Below are positions 1-7,755 of a stretch of DNA of 28,994 bases, one piece after another. How positions within the stretch are numbered: position 1 is the stretch's first letter; each line of letters starts with the position of its first letter. Below the pieces are notes generated by a model, which did no database searches, was not told the DNA's origin, and was given only the letters and a program-made list of their open reading frames with translations. Both the position numbers and the translations under genes were made by a program. The stretch is from assembly GCA_041746255.1 (NCBI GenBank), contig JBGTHM010000012.1, positions 1 to 28,994 on the forward strand, written 5' to 3'. The stretch comes from Fibrobacteria bacterium (GTDB lineage: Bacteria > Fibrobacterota > Fibrobacteria > UBA11236).

Positions 1-277
1 TCCAACCGATTCTCACTGTCATTTTCTACAAACAGAAAATGAACGGGAACCGGTTCGGGAGTGGCTTAAAGGTCTGCGAATTGGAGACAAAAAGGAAATT
101 GGAAAAAGACCTTTGGGAGGTTCGGTCAAATTTAAAGGATGGAATTGCCAGAGTTATTTTTACAGTCGATGGAAATATTATGGTCCTTCTGCATGGTTTT
201 GTAAAAAAATATCAAGCTACCCCAAAGGGGAGTTAGATGCGGCACGAGATAGAAAGAGGACGTATTATGGCAAATAA
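1..277 (+). pseudogene. Disrupted type II toxin, HigB/RelE-like (DUF891/Gp49 type); 5' end outside window
   Basis: Segments in alternating frames join into a typical toxin: QPILTVIFYK (frame 3), TENEREPVREWLKGLRIGDKKEIG (frame 2), KLEKDLWEVRSNLKDGIARVIFTVDGNIMVLLHGFVKKYQATPKG (frame 3), ELDAARDRKRTYYGK* (frame 2, TAA 275-277). The stop overlaps the antitoxin start. Confidence 0.85.
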
Positions 278-548
278 ACATAAAGGCAGTGATTTTGATG
301 CCTTCCTGGAGGAGGAAGGGCTCTTGGCAGAGGCCGAAGCGGTAGCGGCCAAAAGAATCTTAGCGCACCAGTTTGAATTGGCTATGAAAAAAAAGCACCT
401 ATCCAAGGTTTCTATGGCCAAAAGGATGCAAACAAGTCGTTCCGCTTTGGATAGGCTTCTCGACCCCGAAAATTCCTCTGTTACTCTACAAACATTGGAA
501 AAGGCGGCAATTGTACTAGGAAAAAAAATCAGAATCAGCCTAGTATAA
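267..548 (+). CDS. XRE-family HTH antitoxin (HigA-like)
   Basis: ATG 267 with GAGGA RBS at 256-260; MANKHKGSDFDAFLEEEG...MAKRMQTSRSALDRLLDPENSSVTLQTLEKAA is typical of antitoxins paired with DUF891 toxins. Confidence 0.88.
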   Translation: MANKHKGSDFDAFLEEEGLLAEAEAVAAKRILAHQFELAMKKKHLSKVSMAKRMQTSRSALDRLLDPENSSVTLQTLEKAAIVLGKKIRISLV

Positions 549-576
549 GATTCTCAATGCTGAAACCTCCCTGGCG

Positions 577-605
577 CGCTAACTAAATATAATAATGCGT
601 TATGT
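577..605 (+). mobile_element. Collapsed attC-like remnant
   Basis: CGCTAAC (577-583) and GTTATGT (599-605) lie only 15 bp apart. GTTATGTGAC (599-608) is an 8/10 complement of ATCCCATAAC (1360-1369) after the next gene. Confidence 0.45.
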
Positions 606-713
606 GACATTCGACCTCGAATTGTAGCCTTCTGGCTAAAAGACCCTAAGGCAATGGGCATTGAATTTCTAATTTATGGGGTGAAAAATAAAACTGAGCG
701 AAAAGGCGTAAGA

Positions 714-1328
714 ATGAATCGGAAAGAGCACTGGGAAAAAGTCTACAATACTAAATCCCATAAAGAGGTAAGCTGGTTCACCGAACACGTGACTGTGGCG
801 CTTGAATTAATAAGCCAAACCAAGATCAATAAAGACCATTCAATCATCGATGTCGGAGGCGGGGCTTCCACCTTGGCTGACGATTTGATAAGACAGGGGT
901 TCCAGGATATTACGGTGATCGATATTTCTGGCAAAGCGTTAGAAATTGCCAAGTCCCGTCTTGGACATGAGGCCAGTAAAGTTACTTGGATTGAATCCGA
1001 TATTTTGGAGTCCGATTTCAATCATCGTGAATACGATTTATGGCATGACCGTGCTGTCTTCCATTTTTTAACCACTGAACTGGAACGAAATCAGTATAAG
1101 GAAAAAATGGACAAGCATTTGATTAAGGGCGGCTTCGCCATCCTAAGTATTTTTGCCGATGATGGGCCTGAAAAATGCAGTGGTTTGACAATTCGAAGGC
1201 ATGGAAGCTCGGATCTCGAACAGTTTATGGGATCCGGGTATGATATGGTTTATCATTCGCGAACCACCCATCAAACTCCATCCAAGGCTGATCAGAAATT
1301 CATAAATATGATTTTCAATAAGAAGTAA
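714..1328 (+). CDS. Class I SAM-dependent methyltransferase
   Basis: MNRKEHWEKVY start, motif I IIDVGGGAS, VIDIS, YDLWHDRAVFHFL, GPEKCSGL. Start placed at ATG 714 rather than 654. Confidence 0.88.
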   Translation: MNRKEHWEKVYNTKSHKEVSWFTEHVTVALELISQTKINKDHSIIDVGGGASTLADDLIRQGFQDITVIDISGKALEIAKSRLGHEASKVTWIESDILESDFNHREYDLWHDRAVFHFLTTELERNQYKEKMDKHLIKGGFAILSIFADDGPEKCSGLTIRRHGSSDLEQFMGSGYDMVYHSRTTHQTPSKADQKFINMIFNKK

Positions 1329-1359
1329 AGCACCCCATGAATTACAACGAGGTTGAACG

Positions 1360-1392
1360 ATCCCATAACAACGCCTTATAAGCAATGCCCCC
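1360..1392 (+). mobile_element. Left half of attC-like site
   Basis: CCCATAAC-AACGCC-TTATAAGCAATGCCC follows the methyltransferase; no matching right arm found downstream. Confidence 0.4.
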
Positions 1393-1518
1393 ACACAAGA
1401 CCAATTACAAATTTCCAAAAACCGCCCCTCCAAGAAAAAGCCTCCCGATAAACAAGGCCGGTATGTTAAATTATTTCTGATTTAAAGAACTTGGCCGACA
1501 TTCCAGGCTAGAAATAAT

Positions 1519-1794
1519 GGAGTTATTAGATGGAATGCGCCCAGTTTTTACCTCATGGGGGAGGATAAAATCACATTTAATTTAAGTTCGCCGAAAAAGG
1601 TTCAACTAGTCTTTCATCGAAGCGCAAAAGTTAAAGAGTTACCCAAAAATAAACTAATCGATGATTCGGAGAAATTGTTAAAATGGTCAACGAATGTCCG
1701 GGCAGTTGCTGCCTTCGAAGATTTGGACAGCATTACCAAATCCAAAAAATATTTGACCAGTTTAATTAAAAAATGGCTTTCTGCGGCAACCTAA
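1519..1794 (+). pseudogene. 5'-truncated DUF1801 (YdhG-like) gene
   Basis: In-frame GVIRWNAPSFYLMGEDKITFNL...LVFHRSAKVK matches the DUF1801 core. The frame is closed upstream by TAA at 1483 with no start codon before 1555, so the N-terminus is missing. Confidence 0.75.
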
Positions 1795-1815
1795 CCGATC
1801 TTTACAGAGTTACGT
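1789..1815 (+). mobile_element. Collapsed attC site (27 bp)
   Basis: ACCTAAC (1789-1795, RYYYAAC, contains the DUF1801 stop), 13 bp, then GTTACGT (1809-1815); L boxes absent. Confidence 0.62.
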
Positions 1816-1852
1816 CGCACCGATCGATAAATCGGATGACAAAGGAGATTTT

Positions 1853-2578
1853 ATGTCGGACAAGTCGGTGAGCCAAATAGCAAATGAGGCAGTGGAGATG
1901 GAGCGCCGAACGTTACAGTTCGGGGGCGCGCTGGCCGTGATAGGTGGTCTTGGGTATTTCTTCACCTTGCTGTTGCATGGCGATTTGCCAGATCAGTCGA
2001 CTGAGATCGCCCTTGAGCACATAGCAGGGCGGCCTGAGTGGCGTGCACTTAAACTTGCCCTCATTGCTTCCATATTTTGCTGGATCGGCGCTTTCACAAT
2101 ACTGGTCCGGTCGTTTCCAAGAAGCCTCAGTAACCTAATCGGTCGGTGGGCCGTCTCAATCTCAACTATCGGCGCAGCGATTGTCGTGGTCGAGTACGCG
2201 ATAATTGGGCATGCATTAAAGGAAGTGGCGGACACATGGGCCATGGCGCCGACGACCGACCAAGAGGCGATTCTTCCGATGGCAGATGTAATGCTTGCCA
2301 TTACGGGAGGGCTATTCCACAGCTTTGTCGCCTGGATGCTCGGATTACCTTACATCCTCCTGGGAGTGGCGATCGTCTTGGGAAGAGCCTACCCACGGTG
2401 GCTAGGGTGGATAGCTGTGGTCGCCGGCTCTGGAGCATTGCTGGCAGGGACTACCCGTTTTTTAGGAATTGGGCTTGTGCCGTACCCGCTTCTATATGGT
2501 GGATTTGTTATACCCCTCTGTATCTGGCTGACAGCGATGGGCGCACTTATGTGGCGCAGTGCTCGACACGCGACCTAA
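1853..2578 (+). CDS. DUF4386-like integral membrane protein (cassette gene)
   Basis: About six hydrophobic segments, YPRWLGWIAVVAG motif, AAGGAG RBS; stop codon lies inside ACCTAAC. Confidence 0.72.
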   Translation: MSDKSVSQIANEAVEMERRTLQFGGALAVIGGLGYFFTLLLHGDLPDQSTEIALEHIAGRPEWRALKLALIASIFCWIGAFTILVRSFPRSLSNLIGRWAVSISTIGAAIVVVEYAIIGHALKEVADTWAMAPTTDQEAILPMADVMLAITGGLFHSFVAWMLGLPYILLGVAIVLGRAYPRWLGWIAVVAGSGALLAGTTRFLGIGLVPYPLLYGGFVIPLCIWLTAMGALMWRSARHAT

Positions 2579-2595
2579 CAACGGTATGTAACTGC
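2570..2595 (+). mobile_element. Inverse core site and left remnant of attC
   Basis: GCGACCTAAC (2570-2579) is a 9/10 complement of GTTACGTCGC (1809-1818) at the start of the same cassette. Confidence 0.62.
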
Positions 2596-2761
2596 AGCCG
2601 CATCGGCAACCTTGGGCAACATTGGCCACGGAAATTGGTAATGTGAACAGGGAATTGAAATTATTATTTTGGAGGCGAAATAAAATTCGGATCAACCCCT
2701 TGTTATTCGGAGTAAGTAAGCGAAATTCCAAACCCCTTGAAATAATTAAGGTGAAGAAGCA

Positions 2762-3124
2762 ATGAATGGAACATTATGGGTAGAACTTGTGGGCGATTTG
2801 ATTGTTGCCCGAGTTCGAGGGGAGCCTTCAATAGATCTCATAAAGGATTGTCATGAGCAAGTGTTACTTTTGGCCAGAGAAAGTGGCCGGAACAAGATCT
2901 TGTACGATACTTTGGAAATGGAGCCTCCTCCAGTTAGTGTGCCAATGGCACAGTGGAAGTTGAACGAAGAGAGTGGTTTGTTACCGATCAAAAGAGCTAT
3001 TGTAGTGCCAACTAGTAAACTGGCCTACTTGGCCCGGCTTGCGTTTGGAGATGGCGACTACAAGGTTTTCTATAGCGACCTAACAGCTGCCGTTAATTGG
3101 CTAAGTGATTCGAATTCTCAATAG
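2762..3124 (+). CDS. STAS/SEC14 (SpoIIAA-like) domain protein
   Basis: 120 aa with pattern KILYDT...KRAIVV...YKVFYSDLTAAVNWL typical of SpoIIAA-like proteins. Confidence 0.65.
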   Translation: MNGTLWVELVGDLIVARVRGEPSIDLIKDCHEQVLLLARESGRNKILYDTLEMEPPPVSVPMAQWKLNEESGLLPIKRAIVVPTSKLAYLARLAFGDGDYKVFYSDLTAAVNWLSDSNSQ

Positions 3125-3250
3125 AGCCGGTCTCAAAAGTCCTTCTGGCGTCGCCGGGCTGCGAGGTAGCGCTACGCATCCTGCTTCACGCCCTTCGGGT
3201 CTACCTCCGGTAGACGATCTCCGCCCATCCCTGGGCTCCGATTCGCCCCC
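3124..3250. repeat. GC-rich multi-hairpin element (REP/MITE-like remnant)
   Basis: Palindrome GTAGCGCTAC (3166-3175) and hairpins GCCCTTCGGGT (3190-3200), GTCTACC-TCC-GGTAGAC (3199-3215), GCCCA-TCCC-TGGGC (3223-3236). Begins with GAGCCGGTCTCAAAAGT at the TAG stop. Confidence 0.45.
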
Positions 3251-3333
3251 CTTTGTCGGCCTGCATCGCGATAAAATGCCGAGGCCCCCATCGCCCAACA
3301 AAGGTTTGTACGCAACTCGGCCCCATAAATATT

Positions 3334-3368
3334 CACATATTGATTTTGAATAAATATGTGTCTAATGT
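3334..3368 (+). promoter_or_regulatory. Palindromic operator overlapping a putative promoter of the metF-like gene
   Basis: CACATATTGATT-ttg-AATAAATATGTG (3334-3360, 11/12 inverted repeat); TTGATT (3340-3345), 17 bp, TAATGT (3363-3368). Confidence 0.45.
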
Positions 3369-3396
3369 TTAATGCTTTCCGGAGGTTCGAAAAAAA

Positions 3397-4140
3397 ATGG
3401 CTCTTTCGCTTGAACTTGTGCCACGAGACGAAGACAGCTTTTCTGAACAGTTAAAGGCGCTTAGCAAATTCAGACATCACTTCTCTCACCTGAATATTCC
3501 GGATATAACCCGCTTTAAGCTCCGAAGCTGGGAAGCATGCGCCTTTTCAAGAAATGTCATCCCGAACAGCATACCTCACATTCGCGCCATTGATTTCGAT
3601 AAGCATGACCCTGCAGCGCTGTTCTCGATTCTAAGGAAGTACAGATTTGAAGAGATACTGGTAGTTAAAGGTGATGTTCCCCAAGATATGTCCAGGAAAG
3701 TATTTCCTACCAGCTCAATTGATTTGATTCGCGTCATTAAAAAAGAATTACCAGAGATTAAGGTATATGCCGCCTTTGATCCCTACAGAACTGGAATCCA
3801 GGCTGAAATGAGATATGTGGATGAAAAAATCGAAGCCGGATGCGATGGATTCTTTACCCAGCCATTTTTTGACATACGGCTTCTTGATATTTATTCAGAA
3901 CTTCTGTGCGGGAAAAAGGTTTTCTGGGGCATAAGCCCGGTTACTTCAGAAAAATCCATGGCCTATTGGATCGCGACGAACAGAGCCTATTTTCCGAAGG
4001 ACTTTTTTCCTTCCCTCGATTGGAATATTCAATTTTTTAAAAAAGCAAAGGCTCATTGCGATTCTCAGCACTTCGATATGTACTTGATGCCTATCAAAGT
4101 TTCGGTCGAAAAATACCTATCAGGCCTTTTTGCAAATTAA
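3397..4140 (+). CDS. metF: Methylenetetrahydrofolate reductase family protein (short MetF-like)
   Basis: LSLELVP, NIPD, IPHIRAID, ILVVKGD, KIEAGCDGFFTQPFFD are MTHFR barrel motifs. Confidence 0.8.
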   Translation: MALSLELVPRDEDSFSEQLKALSKFRHHFSHLNIPDITRFKLRSWEACAFSRNVIPNSIPHIRAIDFDKHDPAALFSILRKYRFEEILVVKGDVPQDMSRKVFPTSSIDLIRVIKKELPEIKVYAAFDPYRTGIQAEMRYVDEKIEAGCDGFFTQPFFDIRLLDIYSELLCGKKVFWGISPVTSEKSMAYWIATNRAYFPKDFFPSLDWNIQFFKKAKAHCDSQHFDMYLMPIKVSVEKYLSGLFAN

Positions 4141-4286
4141 TGCGCACCAAACCGGCTCCAGCGGTTTAATCCCTTAAACGGAATTCGCGCATTTACTCCC
4201 CAAATAACCCGCGCCAAGCAGGGCTCCGCCTTACATTCCTCCCAGGTTACCGGATAAATCCGGAAGGATAAGAAAGTGGAGGTATT

Positions 4287-6023
4287 ATGAGAACTGCTTT
4301 TGTTTTCACAGCATTCATGATCAGCGCCAGCGGGTTCGCAGCCGGCAGCCGGGTGATGGTCGGTACGGCCGCATCCTTCCTGGACGCCCTTGTCTCGGAA
4401 AACACGGCCGCCACCCGAACCTTGTCGCTTCCGACCGGCTCGGTGGGACCGATCCGCCTTCACGCGGAGGATTTCCACTTCGTCGACGGCGTGCTGTCCC
4501 TGGCCGGCAGGGCCGCGGAAATGGAAAACTCGGACTTCATCCTAAAGGGGAACGCCGCGGGCGTTTACGGTTGGATCGTCCTCCGTGACAGCAAGACCGC
4601 CTACGAGTACACCACCGATCCCACGGGAGCGCTCCTGGTCGAGGAGGTGCCCATCGAGAAGATCTATCCCGTCTGCGATGACCCTTCCCATGCGCCAGAC
4701 CCCATGGAGGAGGCCGTTACCCACGGGGTGGCATCCTCCTTCTCCGGCCTAGCCGGACCGGAGCCCCATATCGGGCCCTACGCCGGGCAGGATCTCTACA
4801 AACTGCAGAGCCTGCCGGGCGCCAGGAAGGTGCTCTGGCTGGATATCTCCCGGGTGATGGACGGCGCCACGCCCCTCCACATGTCCAAAGAGGAGATGTA
4901 CAAGATGTGGCAAATCCACGCTTCCGCCTTCTCCATGTTCGCTGTGAACGTGACCACCGACAGGGACGTCTACAATTCCGCCGGCGTGACAAATTCCGGC
5001 ATCAACCGGTTCGTGAACGTCTCCGGCCGGTCCTTCTGTCCCGTCAATGCCTTCGGGACCACCCGCTACTGCCAGACCCAGCTCCAACGGAGACCCATGA
5101 CCCATTACCAGTATGGCAAGACCGCCGTCCATGAGACCGGCCACCTGATGGGCCTCCGTCATGACGGTAACGCCTCCACCAGCTATTTCAGCGGCTTCTC
5201 CAACCACCAATGGTCCCCGATCATGGGCAACAACCTCTGCTGCCGTACGTGGAACGAACCCGCTATCCAGTGGAGCAAGGGAGAGTACACCGGAGCGAAC
5301 AACAAGCAGGACGACCTGTCCATCATCGCCCGGAACCTGCCCTTCAAGGCGAACCCCATCAAGGCGCCCGTGCCGCTTCGGGTCGAGAAAGATTCAGTCT
5401 CCCCGCTGTTGAACCGGGGACTCATCCGTAGCGAAGACGATCGGAATCAATTCACCTTCGAGGTCGGGCCCGCGGGCGGGCGCCTCAACCTCCTGGTCGA
5501 CCGCACCGAGATCCGCGGCGGGTCGGCGCTGGACATCGACGCCCGCATCCTGGACAGCGGGGGAAAGATTTTGGTTCAAAGCAATGACCAGGGGGTCCGC
5601 TCCGCCCGCTTCAGCAACGTGGCCTTATCGCCCGGGAGGTATACCCTGGTCATCGCGGGCGGTGAGGAGGGGACTCCCCTGAGAGGTTTCTCCAATTACG
5701 CCAGCATGGGCTATTATGCCATCGGAGGCCGCATCACGGGAGTGACCCCGACCCCGTCGCCGTTCCCGACCTCTGTAACGGAAAGGGCGGGCGCCGCGCC
5801 CCGGCAGATTTCACCGCGCTTTCGGAACGGTCGGCTGCACCTCGACCTGCCGTCCGGAGCCAAGGTCGGCAGCGTGGTCCTGCATTCGGCCGGCGGAGCG
5901 GTGGTCCATCGTTCCGCCGGGAGGGTCGAAGCCATCGACTTCGAGCGCATGCCCGCCGGGGTCTACCTGCTCAGCGTGGCCCTCGACGACGCGGTGGTGC
6001 GCCTGAAGGTGGTCAAGGAATAG
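4287..6023 (+). CDS. Secreted metzincin metalloprotease (M12/reprolysin-like) with PPC-like domain and T9SS-like C-terminal domain
   Basis: Signal peptide, HETGHLMGLRHD zinc motif (5130-5165), Met-turn PIMG, PPC-like LDIDARILDSGG...LSPGRYTLVI, P/T linker, C-terminus MPAGVYLLSV...LKVVKE; GGAGG RBS. Confidence 0.85.
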   Translation: MRTAFVFTAFMISASGFAAGSRVMVGTAASFLDALVSENTAATRTLSLPTGSVGPIRLHAEDFHFVDGVLSLAGRAAEMENSDFILKGNAAGVYGWIVLRDSKTAYEYTTDPTGALLVEEVPIEKIYPVCDDPSHAPDPMEEAVTHGVASSFSGLAGPEPHIGPYAGQDLYKLQSLPGARKVLWLDISRVMDGATPLHMSKEEMYKMWQIHASAFSMFAVNVTTDRDVYNSAGVTNSGINRFVNVSGRSFCPVNAFGTTRYCQTQLQRRPMTHYQYGKTAVHETGHLMGLRHDGNASTSYFSGFSNHQWSPIMGNNLCCRTWNEPAIQWSKGEYTGANNKQDDLSIIARNLPFKANPIKAPVPLRVEKDSVSPLLNRGLIRSEDDRNQFTFEVGPAGGRLNLLVDRTEIRGGSALDIDARILDSGGKILVQSNDQGVRSARFSNVALSPGRYTLVIAGGEEGTPLRGFSNYASMGYYAIGGRITGVTPTPSPFPTSVTERAGAAPRQISPRFRNGRLHLDLPSGAKVGSVVLHSAGGAVVHRSAGRVEAIDFERMPAGVYLLSVALDDAVVRLKVVKE

Positions 6024-6347
6024 AACTTTTGTCGGTTGATATCCTAAAATAGTCCTGACCCCGGCTTATACCTATTCCCGCCGGTTGCCCGAAAAGGGCC
6101 CCCTTTACCGGGTGTTCCAGCAGCATTTACCCACCTTGAACGACTTAAAGAAAAAGGTATTTATTCTCTGAACGGCTAAACAAAAAATCGAGAATCGTGA
6201 GTCAACTAAGGCAACCAAAAACACAACTGATGAGTGAAACCAAAGTTGAGGAGTGGGAATGACAAGCTCACACCTATGTTTCGTAAGTCGAAAAAATACC
6301 AATTATACGAATCGGCTCAATGATAGGTTAGACGCCAAGGAGACATC

Positions 6348-6824
6348 ATGACAGTCAAGCGTATGGACAACGTCGGCATCGTAGTGGAAGACATCGATGC
6401 CGCCGTTGAGTTCTTCACCGAACTCGGCCTTGCCCTCGAAGGCCGCATGCCCATCGAAGGCGAATGGGCCGGCCGTGTCACCGGAGTACGCGGCCAGCGC
6501 GTCGAGATCGCCATGATGCGCACTCCCGACGGCCACGGTCGCATCGAGCTCTCGCGCTTCAATACCCCCGCCATCGTGTCCGATCACCGCTCAGCCCCCG
6601 TGAACTCGTTGGGATACCTGCGCGTCATGTTCGCCGTCGAGGACATCGACGACACCCTCGCCCGCCTCAGCAGGCTAGGTGCGACGGTAGTCGATGAAGT
6701 CGTCAATTACGAAGACATCTACCGGCTCTGCTACATCCGGGGTCCTGAAGGAATTCTCATCGGGATCGCCCAACAACTCGGGCAGCAGACCTCCCGAGAG
6801 AATCCCGTGGAACGTAAGCGTTGA
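6348..6824 (+). CDS. VOC/glyoxalase family protein (cassette gene)
   Basis: MDNVGIVVED...FFTELGL...RIELSRF...LCYIRGPEGILI; preceded by core site GTTAGAC (6327-6333) and AAGGAG RBS. Confidence 0.9.
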   Translation: MTVKRMDNVGIVVEDIDAAVEFFTELGLALEGRMPIEGEWAGRVTGVRGQRVEIAMMRTPDGHGRIELSRFNTPAIVSDHRSAPVNSLGYLRVMFAVEDIDDTLARLSRLGATVVDEVVNYEDIYRLCYIRGPEGILIGIAQQLGQQTSRENPVERKR

Positions 6825-6840
6825 GAATTGAGGCGTTGGC

Positions 6841-6904
6841 GTCTTACAACCGGTTGCAGCGGACGGTCCGCTGCGTGGCCCGCCCCTGAATCAGGACATT
6901 AGGC
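6841..6904 (+). mobile_element. attC site, 64 bp, mutated in both core sites
   Basis: GTCTTAC (expected GTCTAAC)...TTGCAGCGG...CCCCTGAA...ATTAGGC (expected GTTAGGC). TTGGCGTCTTAC (6836-6847) is an 11/12 complement of GTTAGACGCCAA (6327-6338). Confidence 0.82.
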
Positions 6905-6933
6905 GTCATCACTAAACCACAAGGAGACTCAGT

Positions 6934-7530
6934 ATGTCGAAGGTTATCGCGATCATGTCCATGTCACTTGATGGCTACGTAGCCGACGCCAACGATGGCG
7001 TGGCCGAAGTGTTCGACTGGTACTTCACCTCGGGAGACGTCGAGATCGACACCGGGGGAGCCGATTCAATGACATTCAAGGTGTCCGAGCCGAGCGCAAG
7101 GCACATTCGCGGTCTTACGGCTGAACTTGGTGCGGTGCTCACCGGTCGACGAACTTTCGAAGTCGCCCAGGGCTGGGGTGGTAATCACGCCTGGGGACCG
7201 GCTTTCGTACTTTCCCATCACGTCCCTGACGGATGGCCCCGCCCGAACTCGAACGTCCACTTCGTCACCGACGGCATCGAAAGCGCCGTGAAGCAAGCCA
7301 AAGCTGCCGCCGCCGGGAAGTCGGTAGGGGTCCACGGCGCTGACACTATTCAGCAGCTCTTGAATGCTGGCATCCTCGACGAAATTAGCGTGGACATCGC
7401 GGCGGTTCTCCTTGGCTCTGGAGTTCGATTCTTTGACCACCTCGTCGGCACGCCGTCCGTGCTTGGCAACCCAACGGTGATTCCGGGCGTCGGCGTTACA
7501 CACCTGCGCTACCCGGTACGCAAGATGTAG
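6934..7530 (+). CDS. Dihydrofolate reductase-fold (RibD C-terminal domain) protein (cassette gene)
   Basis: MSMSLDGYVAD, LTGRRTFE, VHGADTIQQLLNAGILDEI, AVLLGSGVRFF, VTHLRY; AAGGAG RBS. Confidence 0.9.
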   Translation: MSKVIAIMSMSLDGYVADANDGVAEVFDWYFTSGDVEIDTGGADSMTFKVSEPSARHIRGLTAELGAVLTGRRTFEVAQGWGGNHAWGPAFVLSHHVPDGWPRPNSNVHFVTDGIESAVKQAKAAAAGKSVGVHGADTIQQLLNAGILDEISVDIAAVLLGSGVRFFDHLVGTPSVLGNPTVIPGVGVTHLRYPVRKM

Positions 7531-7557
7531 ACCATCCTTCCTTACCCTCACAGTCAC

Positions 7558-7735
7558 ACCCAACACATCGCTCAAGCCGACATCGCTTCGCTGGGCGGAA
7601 TTCTCACTCGCATTTGCCTGCACATCGGTTTAAGGGAGTTTTCCCAGGCCGGAGGATTTGACAGGCATACTTGAAATTCCCAATTTGGTTACTTCGATAT
7701 TAAGCTGGGATATGGGATGTCGGCTTAATGATATA
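7558..7735 (+). mobile_element. attC-like site with very long central region; R' core not recognisable
   Basis: ACCCAAC (7558-7564), then TCAAGCCGACATC (7572-7584) pairing with GATGTCGGCTTAA (7716-7728), showing the extra C of an L''/L' pair. Confidence 0.62.
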
Positions 7736-7755
7736 CCAGGCTTCAATAACGGGGC

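Larger units (their letters stand above)
577..7735 (+). mobile_element. Degenerate integron gene-cassette array (CALIN-like, no intI in window)
   Basis: Co-oriented small unrelated genes, a TA pair, paired core/inverse-core sites around at least three genes, and attC remnants at 1789-1815, 6841-6904 and 7558-7735. Confidence 0.72.

Noticed and set aside
39..236. 65 aa ORF as a functional toxin
   Set aside because: Its N-terminal part is out-of-frame sequence from the disrupted toxin gene.
1465..1471. GTTAAAT as core site of the DUF1801 cassette
   Set aside because: Fits GTTRRRY but poorly complements ACCTAAC at 1789 and has no attC right arm; likely chance.
3125..3396. Possible SAM/SAH/ZTP/THF riboswitch upstream of the metF-like gene
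   Set aside because: None of the conserved core sequences is recognisable; the hairpins look more like a repeat element.
6226..6300. CTGATGAGTGAAAC resembling a hammerhead ribozyme core
   Set aside because: No stem II between CUGAUGA and GAAA, and no consistent stems I/III with a cleavage triplet could be built.
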